The position numbers were made by a program, and so were the translations under genes. Under the pieces are notes generated by a model, which did not search any database, was not told the DNA's origin, and saw nothing but the letters and a program-made list of their open reading frames with translations. This document shows positions 39,362-52,691 of a DNA stretch of 64,000 nucleotides, in pieces. The DNA is from Octopus sinensis. Taxonomy: Eukaryota. The number at the start of each line of letters is the position of its first letter. Within the stretch, counting starts at the first letter, position 1. The stretch spans positions 63,302,001-63,366,000 of the forward strand of contig NC_043010.1 of NCBI RefSeq assembly GCF_006345805.1, read 5' to 3'.

Positions 39362-39564
39362 TACTCTTTTACTTGTTTCAGTCATTTGACTGCGGCCATG
39401 CAGGAGCACCGCCTTTAGTCGAGCAACTCGACCTCGGGACTTATTCTTTGTAAGCCTAGTACTTATTCTATAGGTCTCTTTTGCCAAATCGCTAAGTGAC
39501 GGGGACGTAAACACACCAGCATCAGTTGTCAAGCAATGCTAGGGGGACAAACACAGACACACAA

Positions 39565-39619
<55 letters not shown>

Positions 39620-39796
39620 ATACACATATATACGACAGACTTCTTTCAGTTTCCGTCTACCAAATCCATTCACAAGGCATTGGTCGGCCCGGGGCTATAG
39701 CAGAAGACACTTGCCCAAGATGCCACGCAGTGGGACCGAACCCGGAACCATGTGGTTGGTAAGCAAGCTACTTACCACACAGCCACTCCTGCGCCT
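39362..39796 (-). mobile_element. SINE family A copy
   Basis: Full-length match with an internal (CA)(TA) microsatellite. Confidence 0.88.
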
Positions 39797-40032
39797 ATGC
39801 ATAATTTTCTCTGTTTTTCTAACATTCACTCACTCTCTACAATTCTTTTATTTCATTATGTTACTTCTTTCATCCCTCTATTGTAGACATGTATCTTTTT
39901 TCCACATCTATCCGCTGTTAATCTCCCATATAACTATTTACCTACCTTAATACACCTCTCGATTTATACTTTTTTTTCCTCTCTCTTACACCTTTCTGTT
40001 TTCACCCAAGTAACAAAAGCTATTAACTACTC

Positions 40033-40310
40033 CAGGGGTTCCCAACCTTATTTTTGCTTGTGGACCCCCTGAGAGCTATCTAAATCATCTGTGGACCCCA
40101 TATATGCACATGTAAATTTTTGAAATAAATTTGTAGGTTTGAAACAATTTCTTTATATTCATAACAGAAATTCCAAATACAAATCTTGAAAATTTCAATA
40201 AATACAGATACCTCTCCTACTAAACAAAATTTATATATGGACCCACAAATTATAATTTTTTACTCATGGACTCCCTTAAAGCTTCTGTGGACCTCAGTTG
40301 GAAACCCCTG
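40033..40310. mobile_element. hAT (Charlie-like) MITE
   Basis: TIRs CAGGGGTTCCCAAC / GTTGGAAACCCCTG and a perfect 8-bp TSD AACTACTC (40025-40032, 40311-40318). Confidence 0.88.
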
Positions 40311-40438
40311 AACTACTCCTAGAAAGGAGGACATGCGTAATATGGCGAAAAGAAAAAGGAAGAAACGCAACCATTTTTAACCTATGAAACCTTTTCATTC
40401 CCGTTCTACTCAGATGGACCCTCATAACCATTCCATGT

Positions 40439-40667
40439 TTAACCCTTTAGCATTTAAACCGGCCATATCCAGCCAAAAGTATTCTGCCTGTTTTATGTTC
40501 AAACTGGCCAGATCTGGTCTCTCACACCAACCCTACAATATCATTTTAAAAATTAACAGCTACCTCATCAAAATCTCATAGCTACAAGATAATGCATAAT
40601 TAGTTCAAAACAATGTGGATGAAGAAGCATTAATTGTGGCAGAATAATGCGAACACTAAAGGGTTAA
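40439..40667. mobile_element. piggyBac-type MITE (family 2)
   Basis: TTAA-CCCTTTAG...CTAAAGGG-TTAA, with a near-identical copy at 49485-49713. Confidence 0.8.
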
Positions 40668-41577
40668 GCAATCCTATCATATTTTGATAATTAAATATTA
40701 TTAGGAATTGTATTTTTTTTAAAATTGTTAATATTTGGTGTACTGAAGAAGTAAAACCAATTTATTGTACATAAATCTTACATGGACCCCCTAAGGGCCA
40801 TATGAGCCCCAGTTGAGAATAACTGATTTAAATGGTGGAGTTAAACCTGATGATAGTCTAACCCTACCACTCTTTCATCATAGCTCTACTCTACAAGGGT
40901 TGAGGCTGAACAATAACAACAACAATAACCACAAGACTCTCAACATATATCCAAAGCAGATGACTATAACACAATCACAGTTTCCCCATCCCTGCCCCAC
41001 CACCATCTGACCTAAGGTCACAGTAATTCAGCAACAAATATGGCTTTAATTGTTGGGCAACATTATCCATAGTTGCACTTAGGTAGTTGTTTAACCCCAG
41101 GTAGGTCTTGATCAGATAAACATGCAATGAAAGACATTCCAACTGAGACCACCCTGCCATTTAGTCATGTTCCCAGGTTTGATCAGACTGCTCAGCATCT
41201 TGGGTAAGTTATCCAATGCATTGTGAGTGAAATTTGGTAGACAGAAACTATGAAGACAGGAAGCTCATAGTAACACACACACACACACACACCACACTCA
41301 ACAGCCAGTAATGGTTTTCTGATTTAACATAACACAGTATTCTTGATGAATTGGGTAAAAAGTTTTTAAATTGATTTAATTTAAATGAGTTATGTATCAC
41401 AATTATGTAATTATACATTTAATATTGGCTGTCTTAATGAAACAGCTGTAGAATACAATTGAATTATGAACTATATGTGAAGTTTATGCTTTTCTGCTTA
41501 ATATTGTATGCATGTATGAGTGCAGTGAGGGGAGAGGGAGAGAGAGAGAGAGAGTATCATTTGATGGTTTACATCAA

Positions 41578-41968
41578 TCTCTCTATATATAAAGCTGAAG
41601 TTGTCTGTGTATGGCAGGTTTGGTAGCCTTCAACTAACACTATCTCCTCCGAGACCCTGCTGCGCAAGTTGACCAAAATTGAGAGTATGATAGAAGAAGG
41701 CTTGCTCTTCCTTCCGTAGAAGAAAAAATTCAAATCAGACCATGTTAACACCAAAAATTATTTACATCAAAAAGGTGCTTTTTTTCTTGAAAATCCCTAT
41801 TTTTAGCGATTTTGTGACTGCTGTGTCACCATTTTTTGGTGTGTTTCAACCAGAAAAATGTTCACTTAAAGAGAATAACAAGCTACATAATGCAAAATTT
41901 TTACTTTTCAAAAATTCCAATTCTAAGGGGTCAAAACAAATCCGAGCAACGCCGGGCAATACTGCTAG
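41578..41968 (+). mobile_element. Non-autonomous Helitron
   Basis: Starts A|TCTCTCTATATATAAA and ends in a GC-rich subterminal segment (ccgagcaacgccggg) then CTAG|T. Inserted between A and T with no TSD. Confidence 0.75.
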
Positions 41969-42139
41969 TACAAGATATAATTATTGTCAAGAGAAAAGAA
42001 ACAGCACTTTACAAATGAAGTTTCTTGCATCAAGTTAAATATTCTTCTGTCGCTGCTGCCGTCAGAAACTACAGCGAATCACTGATTGCTCCAAGGGAAA
42101 ACTCTCACCAATGGCAACACTATTGTTCACACATTGCGA

Positions 42140-42860
42140 TAATAATAATGATGATTTCAAATTTTGGCACAAGGCCAGCGATTTTGGAAGTGGGGGTTGA
42201 TCAATTACACTGATCCCAGTGCTGAGCCAGTACTTATTTTATCGACCCCAAAAGGATGAACAGTAAAGTCAACCTAAGCGGAATTTGAATTTTGAATGTA
42301 AAGGCAAACAAAATGCTGCAAAGCACCCTTTCCAATGTATTAATGATTCTGTAAGCTCTCCGCCCTAATAATAATAATAATAATAAATTCTTTTATTAGT
42401 CACAAGGCCTAATATAAGGATACATTAAAGGACATGACAGGATGATACAAAGGGTTTTAGAACATGTACATAAAATAACAAGGAAATAATAATAATCCCT
42501 TCTACTCTATGCACAAGGCCTGAAATTTTGGGGGAGGAGACTAGTCGATTACATTGACCCCACTGTTTCAATGGTACTTAATTTATCAATCCCAAAAGGA
42601 TGAAAGGTAAAGTTGGCCTCGGTGGAATTTGAACTCAGAACATAAGGATGACGAAATGCCACTAAGCATTTTACATGGCGTGTTAACGATTCTGCCAGCT
42701 CACTGCCTTAAATAATAATAATGATGATGATGAGGAAGAAGAGGATAACAATTCCTTCTATGATAGGCACAAAGCCTGAAATTTGGTAGAAGGGGGCTAC
42801 TTCATTACACTGACTCCAGTGCTTGACTGGCACTTCATTTTATTGGCCCTGAAATGATGA
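42140..42860 (-). mobile_element. Three tandem SINE family B copies with (AAT)n spacers
   Basis: Same domain and orientation as 24590-26912. Confidence 0.75.
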
Positions 42861-43771
42861 AAGTCAGGTGGCACTCGCAATGACCACACTCAAATGGTGC
42901 TTTTTACGTGCCACTGGCATGGGAGCCAGCCAGGCAGCACTGATGTTCAAATGCCCACTGGGGAAGGGGTCTGGTAGCAACCACTTTGAGAACCTACAAC
43001 TTAGAATAAGATCCATCCTGAGCCCTAGAACTCGTTAAGGTTGGGCCTTAATCCAGTCTCCTTGACACATAAATGACTGAGATCACTGTCCCCTACTCTA
43101 AATAGGATGGTGGTCTGTCACAGAGTTAACCTCCCAGCTATCATTTACAGGTGACCGGGCTGGAACAACATGAAATGAAGTGTTTTGCTTAAGAGTGCAA
43201 TGCACCACCCAGGTCAGGGATTGAAACCACAGTCTTACAATCCAGTGTGCAATATCCAAACCACTTGATCACAGGCCTTCACAGTAACTATGTAGGCATC
43301 AACATCTTTTATATTTTACTTGTTTCAATCATTGACATGGCCATGCTGGGGCACTGCCTTCAAGTATTTTTCAGTTGAATGAATCGACTCCAGTTCTTAT
43401 TTTTATTAAATCCAGGTCTTATTTTATCAGTCTGTTTTGTTGAACTGCTAAGTTATGGCAATGTAAACACATTAACACCAATTGTTAAGTGGTGGCGGGG
43501 GACAAACACAGACACAAAAACACACAAACATATCATCATCATCAGCATCATCATCATTTATCACCTGTTGTCCATGCTGGCATGAGCTGGACAGTTTGAC
43601 TGGGCTGGCATATTGGAAGGCTGCACCAGACTCCAGTCTCATTTGGCATGGTTTTCTACAGCTGGATGCCTTTCCTAATGCCAACCATTCCGTGAGGGTA
43701 ATGGATGCTTTTACGTGCCAATTTGTGTGACACTGTACCTGTCACGACTACAATTTTGCTCAGCTTGATGG

Positions 43772-43818
<47 letters not shown>

Positions 43819-44055
43819 TAGATAGATAGATAAATATATGATAGGCTTCTTTCAGTTTCTGTCTACAAAGCTTTGGCTGGCCTGAGGCTAAAGTAGAAGA
43901 CATTTTGCCTCAGGTGCCACACAGAGGGATTGAACCCAGAACAATGTGGTTGGGAAGCAAACTTCTTACCACATGGTCATGCCTGCACATGTTTAAAGAC
44001 TACATGCTCAATTTTAGGAAAGTATTGTATTATTTCCATTGTTGTGCATACAGTG

Positions 44056-44365
44056 AAGGCACATGGCTTAGTGGTTAGGGTATTCAGTTCATGATCGTAA
44101 GGTCGTGACTTCAATTCCCGGCGACGCGTTGTGTCCTTGAGCAAGACACTTTATTTCATGTTGCTCCACTCCACCCAGCTGGTAAAAATGAGTAGTGGCT
44201 GTATTTCAAAGGGCCAGCCTTATTCATGCTGAATCTCCCTGAGAACCACAATAAAGGTGCCCGTGTCTGTGGAGTGCTCAGCCACTTGCAAGTTAATTTC
44301 ACAAGCAAACTGTTTCGTTGATCGTATCAGCTGGGACCCTCATTGTCAAAACTGATGGAGCGCTC
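44056..44365 (+). mobile_element. tRNA-headed SINE, family D (CORE-like domain)
   Basis: ggcacatggcttagtggttaggg...gtgtccttgagcaagacactttatttc, with homologues at about 29751-29990 (+) and minus-strand relics near 22300-22470, 43130-43280 and 48530-48680. Confidence 0.75.
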
Positions 44366-44705
44366 CTTTGTGCACACAGGCCTAAGTTTGCACAAACCAT
44401 TCCTTCCTATTCTTGGTGACAACATTGAGTATTGAGGTACCTTTTGTCTTGCAGGGCAACATCACTACAGTGATAAAATGCACCCTAAACACTCTGTAAT
44501 GGGGTAACAGAATGAGTGGAGAAAATGTAGGCGAGGACCTTTCATGACCTGTTGTTGTCAAGCAACCTCTTTAGTGCTGGACTGTACTTAAGTATACTCT
44601 GTAAAGTGGTTGGTGTTTGGAAGGGCATTTGGGGTAGAGAAACCAGGCTGAAATGAAATATATAAGCAAGATGTGGCCTCCCCGAAAACACACACACACA
44701 CACAC

Positions 44706-44843
44706 CTGCCTAAGAGAACAGGAATTCCAAATAAAAAAAGAAGTCAGAGCATAACAACCTGGGTTAATCAGGTAGCATGGAAAGTGGATGTGAATGAAGC
44801 TGATGATGTAGTAGTAGTAGTAGTAGTAGCAGCAGTAGTGGTG

Positions 44844-44874
<31 letters not shown>

Positions 44875-45000
44875 CAGCAGCAGCAGCAGTAGTGGTGGTG
44901 GTAGTGGTAGTGGTAGTAGTAGTAGTAGTAGTGGTGGTGGTGGTGGTGGTGGTATACATGTATGTTTGTTCTGTTCTGTATTAAATTATCTGCAATCTTG
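44706..45000 (-). other. Candidate non-coding internal exon of the ZNF-B transcript, containing an (ACC/ACT/GCT)n tract
   Basis: Acceptor tttctccttcctcacAG| at 45002-45001 and donor ggcaG|GTGTGT at 44706/44705. Confidence 0.4.
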
Positions 45001-45318
45001 CTGTGAGGAAGGAGAAACTAGTTTCTAACAAATATACAAATCTCCATCATTAGAAAATAGACGACAAAAACAATGTCACATGTTGGACTTATGAAATGTT
45101 TTGCACATTTTTGCTGTTCCGCTTACAAATTGCATGTGTAATGTGTATGTTGGTTGCCTGATTTCTTTTTCTGAAAACAAAATTTTTTCCAGATTTTCCA
45201 CTTAGACATTTACTCACAGAAACCAATTGTGCCACTTATTATTGGTATACAGTAATCCCTCACCACACAACAGTTCACCTATCGCACACTCAATACATTG
45301 CAGATTTTTCTAATACAT

Positions 45319-45527
45319 ACTCTCTTTTACTTGTTTCAGTCATTTGACTGCGGCCATGCTGGAGCACCGTCTTTAGTCAGGCAAGTCGACTCCAGGACTT
45401 ATTTTTTGTAAGCCTAGTACTTATTCTATCAGTCACTTTTGTCGAACCGCTAAGTTACGAGTGCATAAACACACCACCATCAGTTGTCAAGCGATGTTGG
45501 GGGAGACAAACACAGACACACAAACAT

Positions 45528-45604
<77 letters not shown>

Positions 45605-45788
45605 CATATACATATACATACATATATACGACAAGCTTCTTTCAGTTTCTGTCTACCAAATCCACTCACAAGGCTTTGGTTGGCCTGAGGTTATAGTAGA
45701 AGACACTTGCCCATGGTGCCACGCAGTGGAAATGAACCCGGAACCATGTGGTTGGTAAGCAAGCTTCTTACCACACAGCTATGCCTGT
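45319..45788 (-). mobile_element. SINE family A copy
   Basis: Full-length match with an expanded internal (CA)(TA) tract. Confidence 0.85.
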
Positions 45789-46235
45789 GCTTCTTCTTAA
45801 AATGTTAGCATTCAGATTACTCTAATGCTTTTTCATGCACATTTTTTTGGAAAAAATTATACACTGTCTTGTAGCATCAAGATTTCAATGATGTGATGGT
45901 TTATTTTATAGAATAGCATTGTAGGGTAGGCGTGAGAGGCCAGATCCGGCCAGCTTGGATAAATCACTGGCCCCTTTTGGAATAGGTGTCTGCTCTACAT
46001 AAAGAAGGATCTGAACTCAATTTCACTATGTACTGTAGCATAGTGTGGTACCTACTTACAGCTAGGTAGGCTGGGCAAGTGGAAGATGGATGAACTGCCA
46101 ATACACATGACAAAGTACCACTATAAAAATATCATCCTCATCATCATCATCGGTTAACGTCCATTTTCCATGCTGGCATGGGTTAAATGGTTTGACTGGG
46201 GACTGACAACCCAGGAGGCCACACCAGGCTCTAAT

Positions 46236-46943
46236 CTGAACTGGTGAGTGCATTAAATAATGAGGCACTAAAAGAGAATGACTCTCCCCAGACACAACAA
46301 AATATGCTTCAACACACAAACTCACATAAAGAATCTTGCAAACCAAATCCCAAAACGAAATGTGTGTGTGGTAAAAATAGTTACTGTCTTGAGTCCTAGG
46401 GTTCATAGGGCCAGTTACTCCTAGTTACTTGGTTTCCATACTGTCTACATGACTGAGATTGCAACATTGCCCCTGGATGGGATGTCTGTCCATTGCAGAG
46501 TGACTCATTTACAGCTGAGTGGACTGAGGTATTTGGTTTGCAAGATTCTTTATATGAGTTTGTGTGTGGCAAATATATGAGAAACTACCACCTGTGTCAT
46601 CTCTTGTGAAAGGTAGGAGAGTCCAGTTTGCTGGACATTGTTGTAGAGCTGAAAAAGAAGTAATTTCTACTCTTCTCCTCTGGAAGCCATCTACTTGCGA
46701 TACCAGAGGGCGCACACTCTCCTACCCTGATGTAATCTCCAGGGATACAGGCATCCAGCAACAGGACCTCCGTAATGCCATGATGGACCGTGAAGTCTGG
46801 TGTAGCATGGTAAATTCCATTGTCTCGACCACGGTCGAACAATGATGATGATGATGATGATGTGTGTTGAAGCATATTTTGTTGTGTCTGGGGAGAGTCA
46901 TTCTCTTTTAGTGCCTCATTATTTAATGCACTCACCAGTTCAG
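46236..46943. repeat. Inverted duplication of 113 bp whose right arm is split by a LINE insertion
   Basis: 46236-46348 matches the reverse complement of 46531-46567 plus 46868-46943 at 112/113 positions. Confidence 0.9.
46568..46860 (+). mobile_element. 5'-truncated non-LTR retrotransposon (RTE/RTEX-like) 3' end with (GAT)n tail
   Basis: RRVQFAGHCCRA...DREVW C-terminal motifs, then a stop and a (GAT)n tail. Flanked by a 7-bp duplication, TGTGTGT (46561-46567 and 46861-46867). Confidence 0.75.
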
Positions 46944-47838
46944 TTTCCACTCATTTAATTTACCAGCATTTCAAAAGAACCAATCACTCTGAATTATCCA
47001 TGGGGAAACTTTCTTCATAGTCTTGTATTTTTTTCTTTTTGTCATTCATTTTTATGGTATTTTCTTTCAAATTTATTACCAACCAGACAGGACAGCGTAG
47101 ACTTCACTATAAACATCCTTGTCATTTTCAACATCATTTGAGGTCTGCTGTCCATGCTGGAGAGGGTGGGGTGAATTGCCATGGACTAAGTTGTTATTCT
47201 GAATTACCAGCTCCTCAATGGGTCAGAGGACCACATCTTGCAACTATGTTTCATTTCATCACAGTTTCTACATCTCAATGCCCTTCCGGACACCAGCCAT
47301 TTTACAGGATGCTCTGTGTGTATTATATTGTGGTACCAGCACAAGAGAGGTTGTCATATCCTTCACAAGACTAAAGAATCCTCTCAGCCCTACATCGTTC
47401 CAGTTCATTTACCAACCACATTTCAGAGAGTACAGGCTACTTTTACTCATGACAGCACTAGTGAGGTTGCCTTGTCACCTACAAGACCCAAAAGTTCCCT
47501 CTACACTACGATGTCTCTGGTTGTTTATGCATGATCAAGAGAGTGAACCTTTTGAATTCAAAGAATCTATGATTTTCTTCCTTTCAAATCAAGGGGGTAA
47601 CATCAGCATAAATAAATATATTTTGGCGGGAAATTGGTTAAAAAAGTTCCCCCCAGGTGTGGCTGTGTGGTAAGAAGCTTGCTTCCCAACCACATGGTTC
47701 CAGGTTCAGTCCCACTGCATGGCATCTTGGGCAACTGTCTCTGATTATAGCCTCAGGCCAACCAAAGCTTTGTAAGTGGATTTGGCAGACGGAAACTGAA
47801 AGAAGCCTGTCACACATATATATATATATATATTTATG

Positions 47839-48205
47839 TACTCTTTTACTTGTTTCAGTTATTTGGCTGTGGCCATGCTGGAGCACCGCCTTTAGTCGAC
47901 CAAATCGACCCCAGGACTTATTCTTTGTAAGCCTAGTACTTATTCTATCGGTCTCTTTTGCCGGACCGCTAAGTTACAGGGACGCAAACACACCAGCATC
48001 GGTTGTCAAGCGATGTTGGGGGACAAACACAAACATATATACGACGGGCTTCTTTCAGTTTTTGCCTACCAAATCCACTCACAAGGCTTTGGTCAGCCCG
48101 AGGCTATAGTAGAAGACACTTGACCAAGGTGCCACGCAGTGGGACTTAACCCGGAACCATGTGGTTAGTAAGCAAGCTACTTACCACACAGCCACTCCTG
48201 CACCT
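47839..48205 (-). mobile_element. SINE family A copy, flanked by opposite-orientation partial copies (47655-47815, 48235-48385)
   Basis: Full-length match; the neighbouring fragments are + strand head and tail pieces. Confidence 0.85.
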
Positions 48206-48699
48206 ATGTGTATGTTTTTGTCTGTGTTTGTCCCTACCATCATCGCTTGTCCCCAAAACTTAGTGGTTTCGCAAAAGAGACCAATAGAATAAGTACTAGG
48301 CTTACAAAGTCCCGGAGTCAATTTGTTCAACTATAGGTGGTGCTCCAGCATGGCCACAGTCAAATGACTGAAACATGTAAAAGGATAAACCCTGACTTAG
48401 ACCTAAGTCTATCATGAGTTCTAGGGCCCATAAAGCTGGAGCTTAGCCTGGTTTCAATGGCATATCAGTGACTGAAACCATTCTCCACCAACTCTGAATT
48501 GGATGCTTGCCTGTTGCAGGGTGAACTTCCCAGATTTTGGAACTCATTTACAGCGGAATGGAGAGGAGAAATACGAAATGAAATGTCTTGCTCAAAAACA
48601 GAAGGCACCACTCGGGCTGGGAATTAAAACCATGCTCTAACAATGCTGAGTGTCAGATGCTACTAACTAACAAGGTCACGTGAGGTAGATAGACAGATA

Positions 48700-48981
48700 G
48701 ATATAGAAATTAGGTAGACATAGTTAACTTAGATAGACTGATAGATAGAGAGAGAGAGAGAGACAGAGAGAGAAAGAGAGAGAGGTAGACAGATAGATAG
48801 ACAGATAAATAGAGAGATAGATAACAGATAGATAGACAGACAGACAAATAGAGAGATAGATACAGATAGATAGATAGATAGATAGAGAGAGAGATAGATA
48901 GACAAACAGACAGACAGATAGATAGATAGACTGACAGACAGACACAAATAGATAGATAGACAAACAGACAGACAGACAAAC

Positions 48982-49068
<87 letters not shown>

Positions 49069-49180
49069 CAGATAGATAGATAGACAGATAGATAGATAGA
49101 GAGATAAATAGATGGATGGATGGATGGATAGATAGATAGATAGATAGATAGATAAACAGACAGATGGATGGTTAGATAGT
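48700..49180. repeat. (GATA)n/(GACA)n tetranucleotide microsatellite
   Basis: Direct inspection; a second (GATA)n tract is at 58443-58563. Confidence 0.95.
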
Positions 49181-49484
49181 GTCGTGACAAACTTCACTAT
49201 GGAATAAATAACTGTAGGTTAAGCCATATGGTCAGATAACTTGTAATTCCTGCATTGGTGCCGTGACTGGTGCTGGATTTTGAAAAATCTATCATCGAAT
49301 ATGTTGTTTGTAAATTAATAATAACATTACAAACCAGTTGGACAGACATTGTTACTGTTTGGAGAGTCACTATATGTGTTTCCATGGATTCAGCACAAAC
49401 TGGTGGTTCCAAAGTGGTTTTAGCGTTTGCAGTGAAATACAGTTTGGTTGGTTTTCGTCTGCCTCTGATATACATATAATTTTT

Positions 49485-49713
49485 TTAACCCTTTAGCATT
49501 TAAACCGGCCATATACGGCCAAAAGTATTCTCCTTGTTTTATGTTTAAACTGGCCAGATCTGGTCTCTCACACCAACCCTACAATATCGTTTGAAAAATG
49601 AACAGCTACCTCATCAAAATCTCATAACTACAAGATGATGCATGATTAGTTCAAAACAATGTGGATTAAAAAGGATTAATTTTGGCAGAATAATGCGAAC
49701 ACTAAAGGGTTAA
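49485..49713. mobile_element. piggyBac-type MITE (family 2)
   Basis: TTAA-CCCTTTAG...CTAAAGGG-TTAA, homologous to 40439-40667. Confidence 0.8.
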
Positions 49714-50967
49714 AACACAGCATGTTCATTAGAGATGTTTATCTCTGGATGAAATACTGCATTTACAATAAGCATGATATAAAAATGTCTGTGTGATAGG
49801 AAGTCTGCAATCCAACCACATGGTTCTGGATGTAGGCCTATAAAGAGGCACCTTGGGCAAGTGTCTCTACTATAGCCCTAAGCCAACCAAAGCTTTATGA
49901 ATGAATTTGGTAGACGGAGACTGGTAGATGTATAACATGAATGTGTGTGTGTATGTGTGTGTGAGAGAGAGAGAGAGTGTGCATTAGTGTTTCCATGTGT
50001 TGACATCATGTGACAGCTGTAAACGAGTGTCACCTTCACGCAAGCAGTGTCCTTCATCTCCAATCTTCCATGCGAATATGTCTGAACACGGAGAAAGGTT
50101 ACCTGAGATAGGAAACAAGTGGGGGTTGGCAACAGGAAGGGCATCCAGCCTTAAATAATCTGCCTCTACAAATTCCATCCAACCCATACGTGTATCGAAA
50201 TATGGACATTAAAGGATGATGATGATGATGATATATACCTACACTCAAACACATCATTGGAGTTTCCTCAAAGAATGCATCAATGAATGCAGTGCTTAAT
50301 ATATTTTTTTATCTTTTACTTGTTTCAGTCATTTGACAGTGGCCATGCTGGGGCATCGCCTTGAAGAATTTTTAGTAAAATGAATTTAGCATAAACGCAC
50401 CAACACTGATTGTCAAGCAGCAGGGGGGTGGGGGCAAAACAGACACAAAAACATACACACACATATATATGATGACAACCGATGCTGGTGTGTTTACGTC
50501 CCCGTCACTTACCGGTTCGGCAAGAGAGACTGATAGAATAAGTACTAGGTTTACAAAGAATAAGTCCTGGGGTCGATTTGCTCGACTAAAGATGGTGCTC
50601 CAGCATGGCCACAGTCAAATGACTGAAACAAATAAAAGAATATATATCAAAAAAGAAGCTGGGGCTAGCAACATGAAGGGTGTGGCATTAGGTAAGGGCT
50701 CACAACAGGAAGGACACCTGACTATGGAAAATCTGTCTCAACAAATTCTGTCCAACTCATGCAAGCATGGAAAAGTGGACATCAGAGTAATCATCATCGT
50801 CATCACTATCATTTGACATTCGTTTTCCATGCTGACATGGGTTGGACAGTTTGATAGAAGCTGGCAAGGGTAGGGGCCGCACCAGGTTCCATTATCTGTT
50901 TTGGCTTGGATTTTACAGCTGGAGGCCCTTCTTAATGCCATCCTATTTACAGTGACGATATTATGTA

Positions 50968-51172
50968 TAGAAAGGGTGCTGAAAGTTTCCTGGCTTTAAA
51001 GGTGCTGCAAAAGGCCTGGTTGGAGGCTCAACCTTCCAAGTTCTTTTACAGGGCTTGAAGGGCTGCTGCAATAAGTGTGAGAATCTGAGAGAGGAATATG
51101 ACGAATAAAATCATTAACTGATCCTCCTACATTTTCTTTTACCCAAAGCCAGGAACTTTCAGCACCCCTTCA
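50968..51172. mobile_element. Mariner-type MITE
   Basis: Imperfect TIRs of about 28 bp (gaaagggtgctgaaagtttcctggcttt / aaagccaggaactttcagcacccttc) flanked by TA. Confidence 0.75.
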
Positions 51173-51621
51173 TACACACACACACACACACACAAAATGT
51201 CCTCTTTTCCATGCCTACATTGAAGTAAATTTTTTAGGGCTGGATATTTTCCCTCACCTGTTCCCAATTAAGGTAATATTTCCCTTGAATCCTTCAAGCA
51301 TGAATAGTGCAATGGCCAGTCATGATTTTACAGATGATTGCAAAAAAACAACACTAGTTGTACGATAGAAATATATTCATTCCTCATATGAGTGTGTGAT
51401 GTCAAGTCAAGGAGGAATACACACATGCGCACACACATATATACACACACATACACAGCAAGCTCCTTTCATTTGCCCATCTACTAAATTCACTCACAAA
51501 ACTTTGGTTGGGTCAAGGTGATAGTAGACGCTTGCTCAAAGTGCTGCACAGTGGGACTGAACTTGAAGCCATGTGGTTCGCAAGTGAACATCTTAAACAT
51601 ACAGTCATCTCTCTCTTTCTT

Positions 51622-52001
51622 TCTCTTTTACTTGTTTCAGTCATTTGACTGTGGCCATGCTGGAGCACCGCCTTTAGTCGAGCAAATCGACCCCAGGACT
51701 TATTCTTTGTAAGCCCAGTACTTATTCTATCGGTCTCTTTTGCCGAACCGCTAAGTGATGGGGACATAAACACACCAGCATCTGTTGTCAAGCAATGCTA
51801 GGGGGACAAACACATACACACACACACATATACATATATACGACAGACTTCTTTCAGTTTCCGTCTACCAAATCCACTCACATGGCATTGGTCGGCCGGG
51901 GCTATAGTAGAAGACACTTGCTCAAGATGCCATGCAGTGGGACTGAACCCGGAACCCTGTGGTTGGTTAGCAAGCTACTTACCACAGCCACTCCTGCGCC
52001 T
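51622..52001 (-). mobile_element. SINE family A copy
   Basis: Full-length match to the family. Confidence 0.85.
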
Positions 52002-52463
52002 ATGCACATATATCATCATCATCATTGCTTAACATCCACTTTTCGATGTTTGCATGGATCGGATGGAATTTGTCAAGATGGATTTTCTACCTCCAGATGC
52101 CCTTTCTGTTGCCAATCTTCACCTGTTTTCAAGGAGGGTAATATCCCCTTGTGGCAAGACATGTTTTCATGGCAGACTGGACACAAAGGACACTACCTTT
52201 ATGACAATAACATTTGTTTACGACTACCGCATGAAGTTTATAAATGATAGGAAAACTTGGAGAGTGTTTGTGGATGGATGAGTGAATTTGATGTTGCTGA
52301 AAGTGGTACAGAACCAGCACAAAGCAGCGAGGGTAAACCAGCATACACTGTTGGGTTCCGCTGCTGATATTGGGGGTTGCATTCTATGCCTTGACCTGAG
52401 CATAGAACACGGCTCGCCTCTTTGAGCTGGGAAATGAATGGAATGCCAGGGGTGTGCCTTGTA

Positions 52464-52691
52464 TATTTCTTTATTGCCCACAAGGGGTTAAACATAGAGA
52501 GGACAAACAAAGGGATTAAGTCGATTACATCGACCCCAGTGCGAAACTGGTACTTTTATTTATCGACCCCGAAAGGATGAAAGGCAAAGTCGACCTCGGC
52601 GGAATTTGAACTCAGAATGTAACGACAGACGAAATACCGCAAAGATAGACGAAATACCGGCGCGCTAACGTGTCTGCCAGCTTGCCACCTT
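52464..52691 (-). mobile_element. SINE family B copy (young)
   Basis: Near-consensus and CpG-intact, similar to 6818-7049. Confidence 0.8.

Noticed and set aside
44673-44984. Poly-Val plus-strand ORF suggesting a membrane protein
   Set aside because: Translation of a (GTA/GTG/GCA)n repeat; splice signals favour a non-coding minus-strand exon if anything.
47039-47673. Three overlapping ORFs of 98-151 aa
   Set aside because: No domain signature; the region contains a decayed RTE-tail element.
48710-49197. LSIY/LSVC repeat ORFs of about 150 aa
   Set aside because: Translation of (GATA)n/(GACA)n tetranucleotide repeats.
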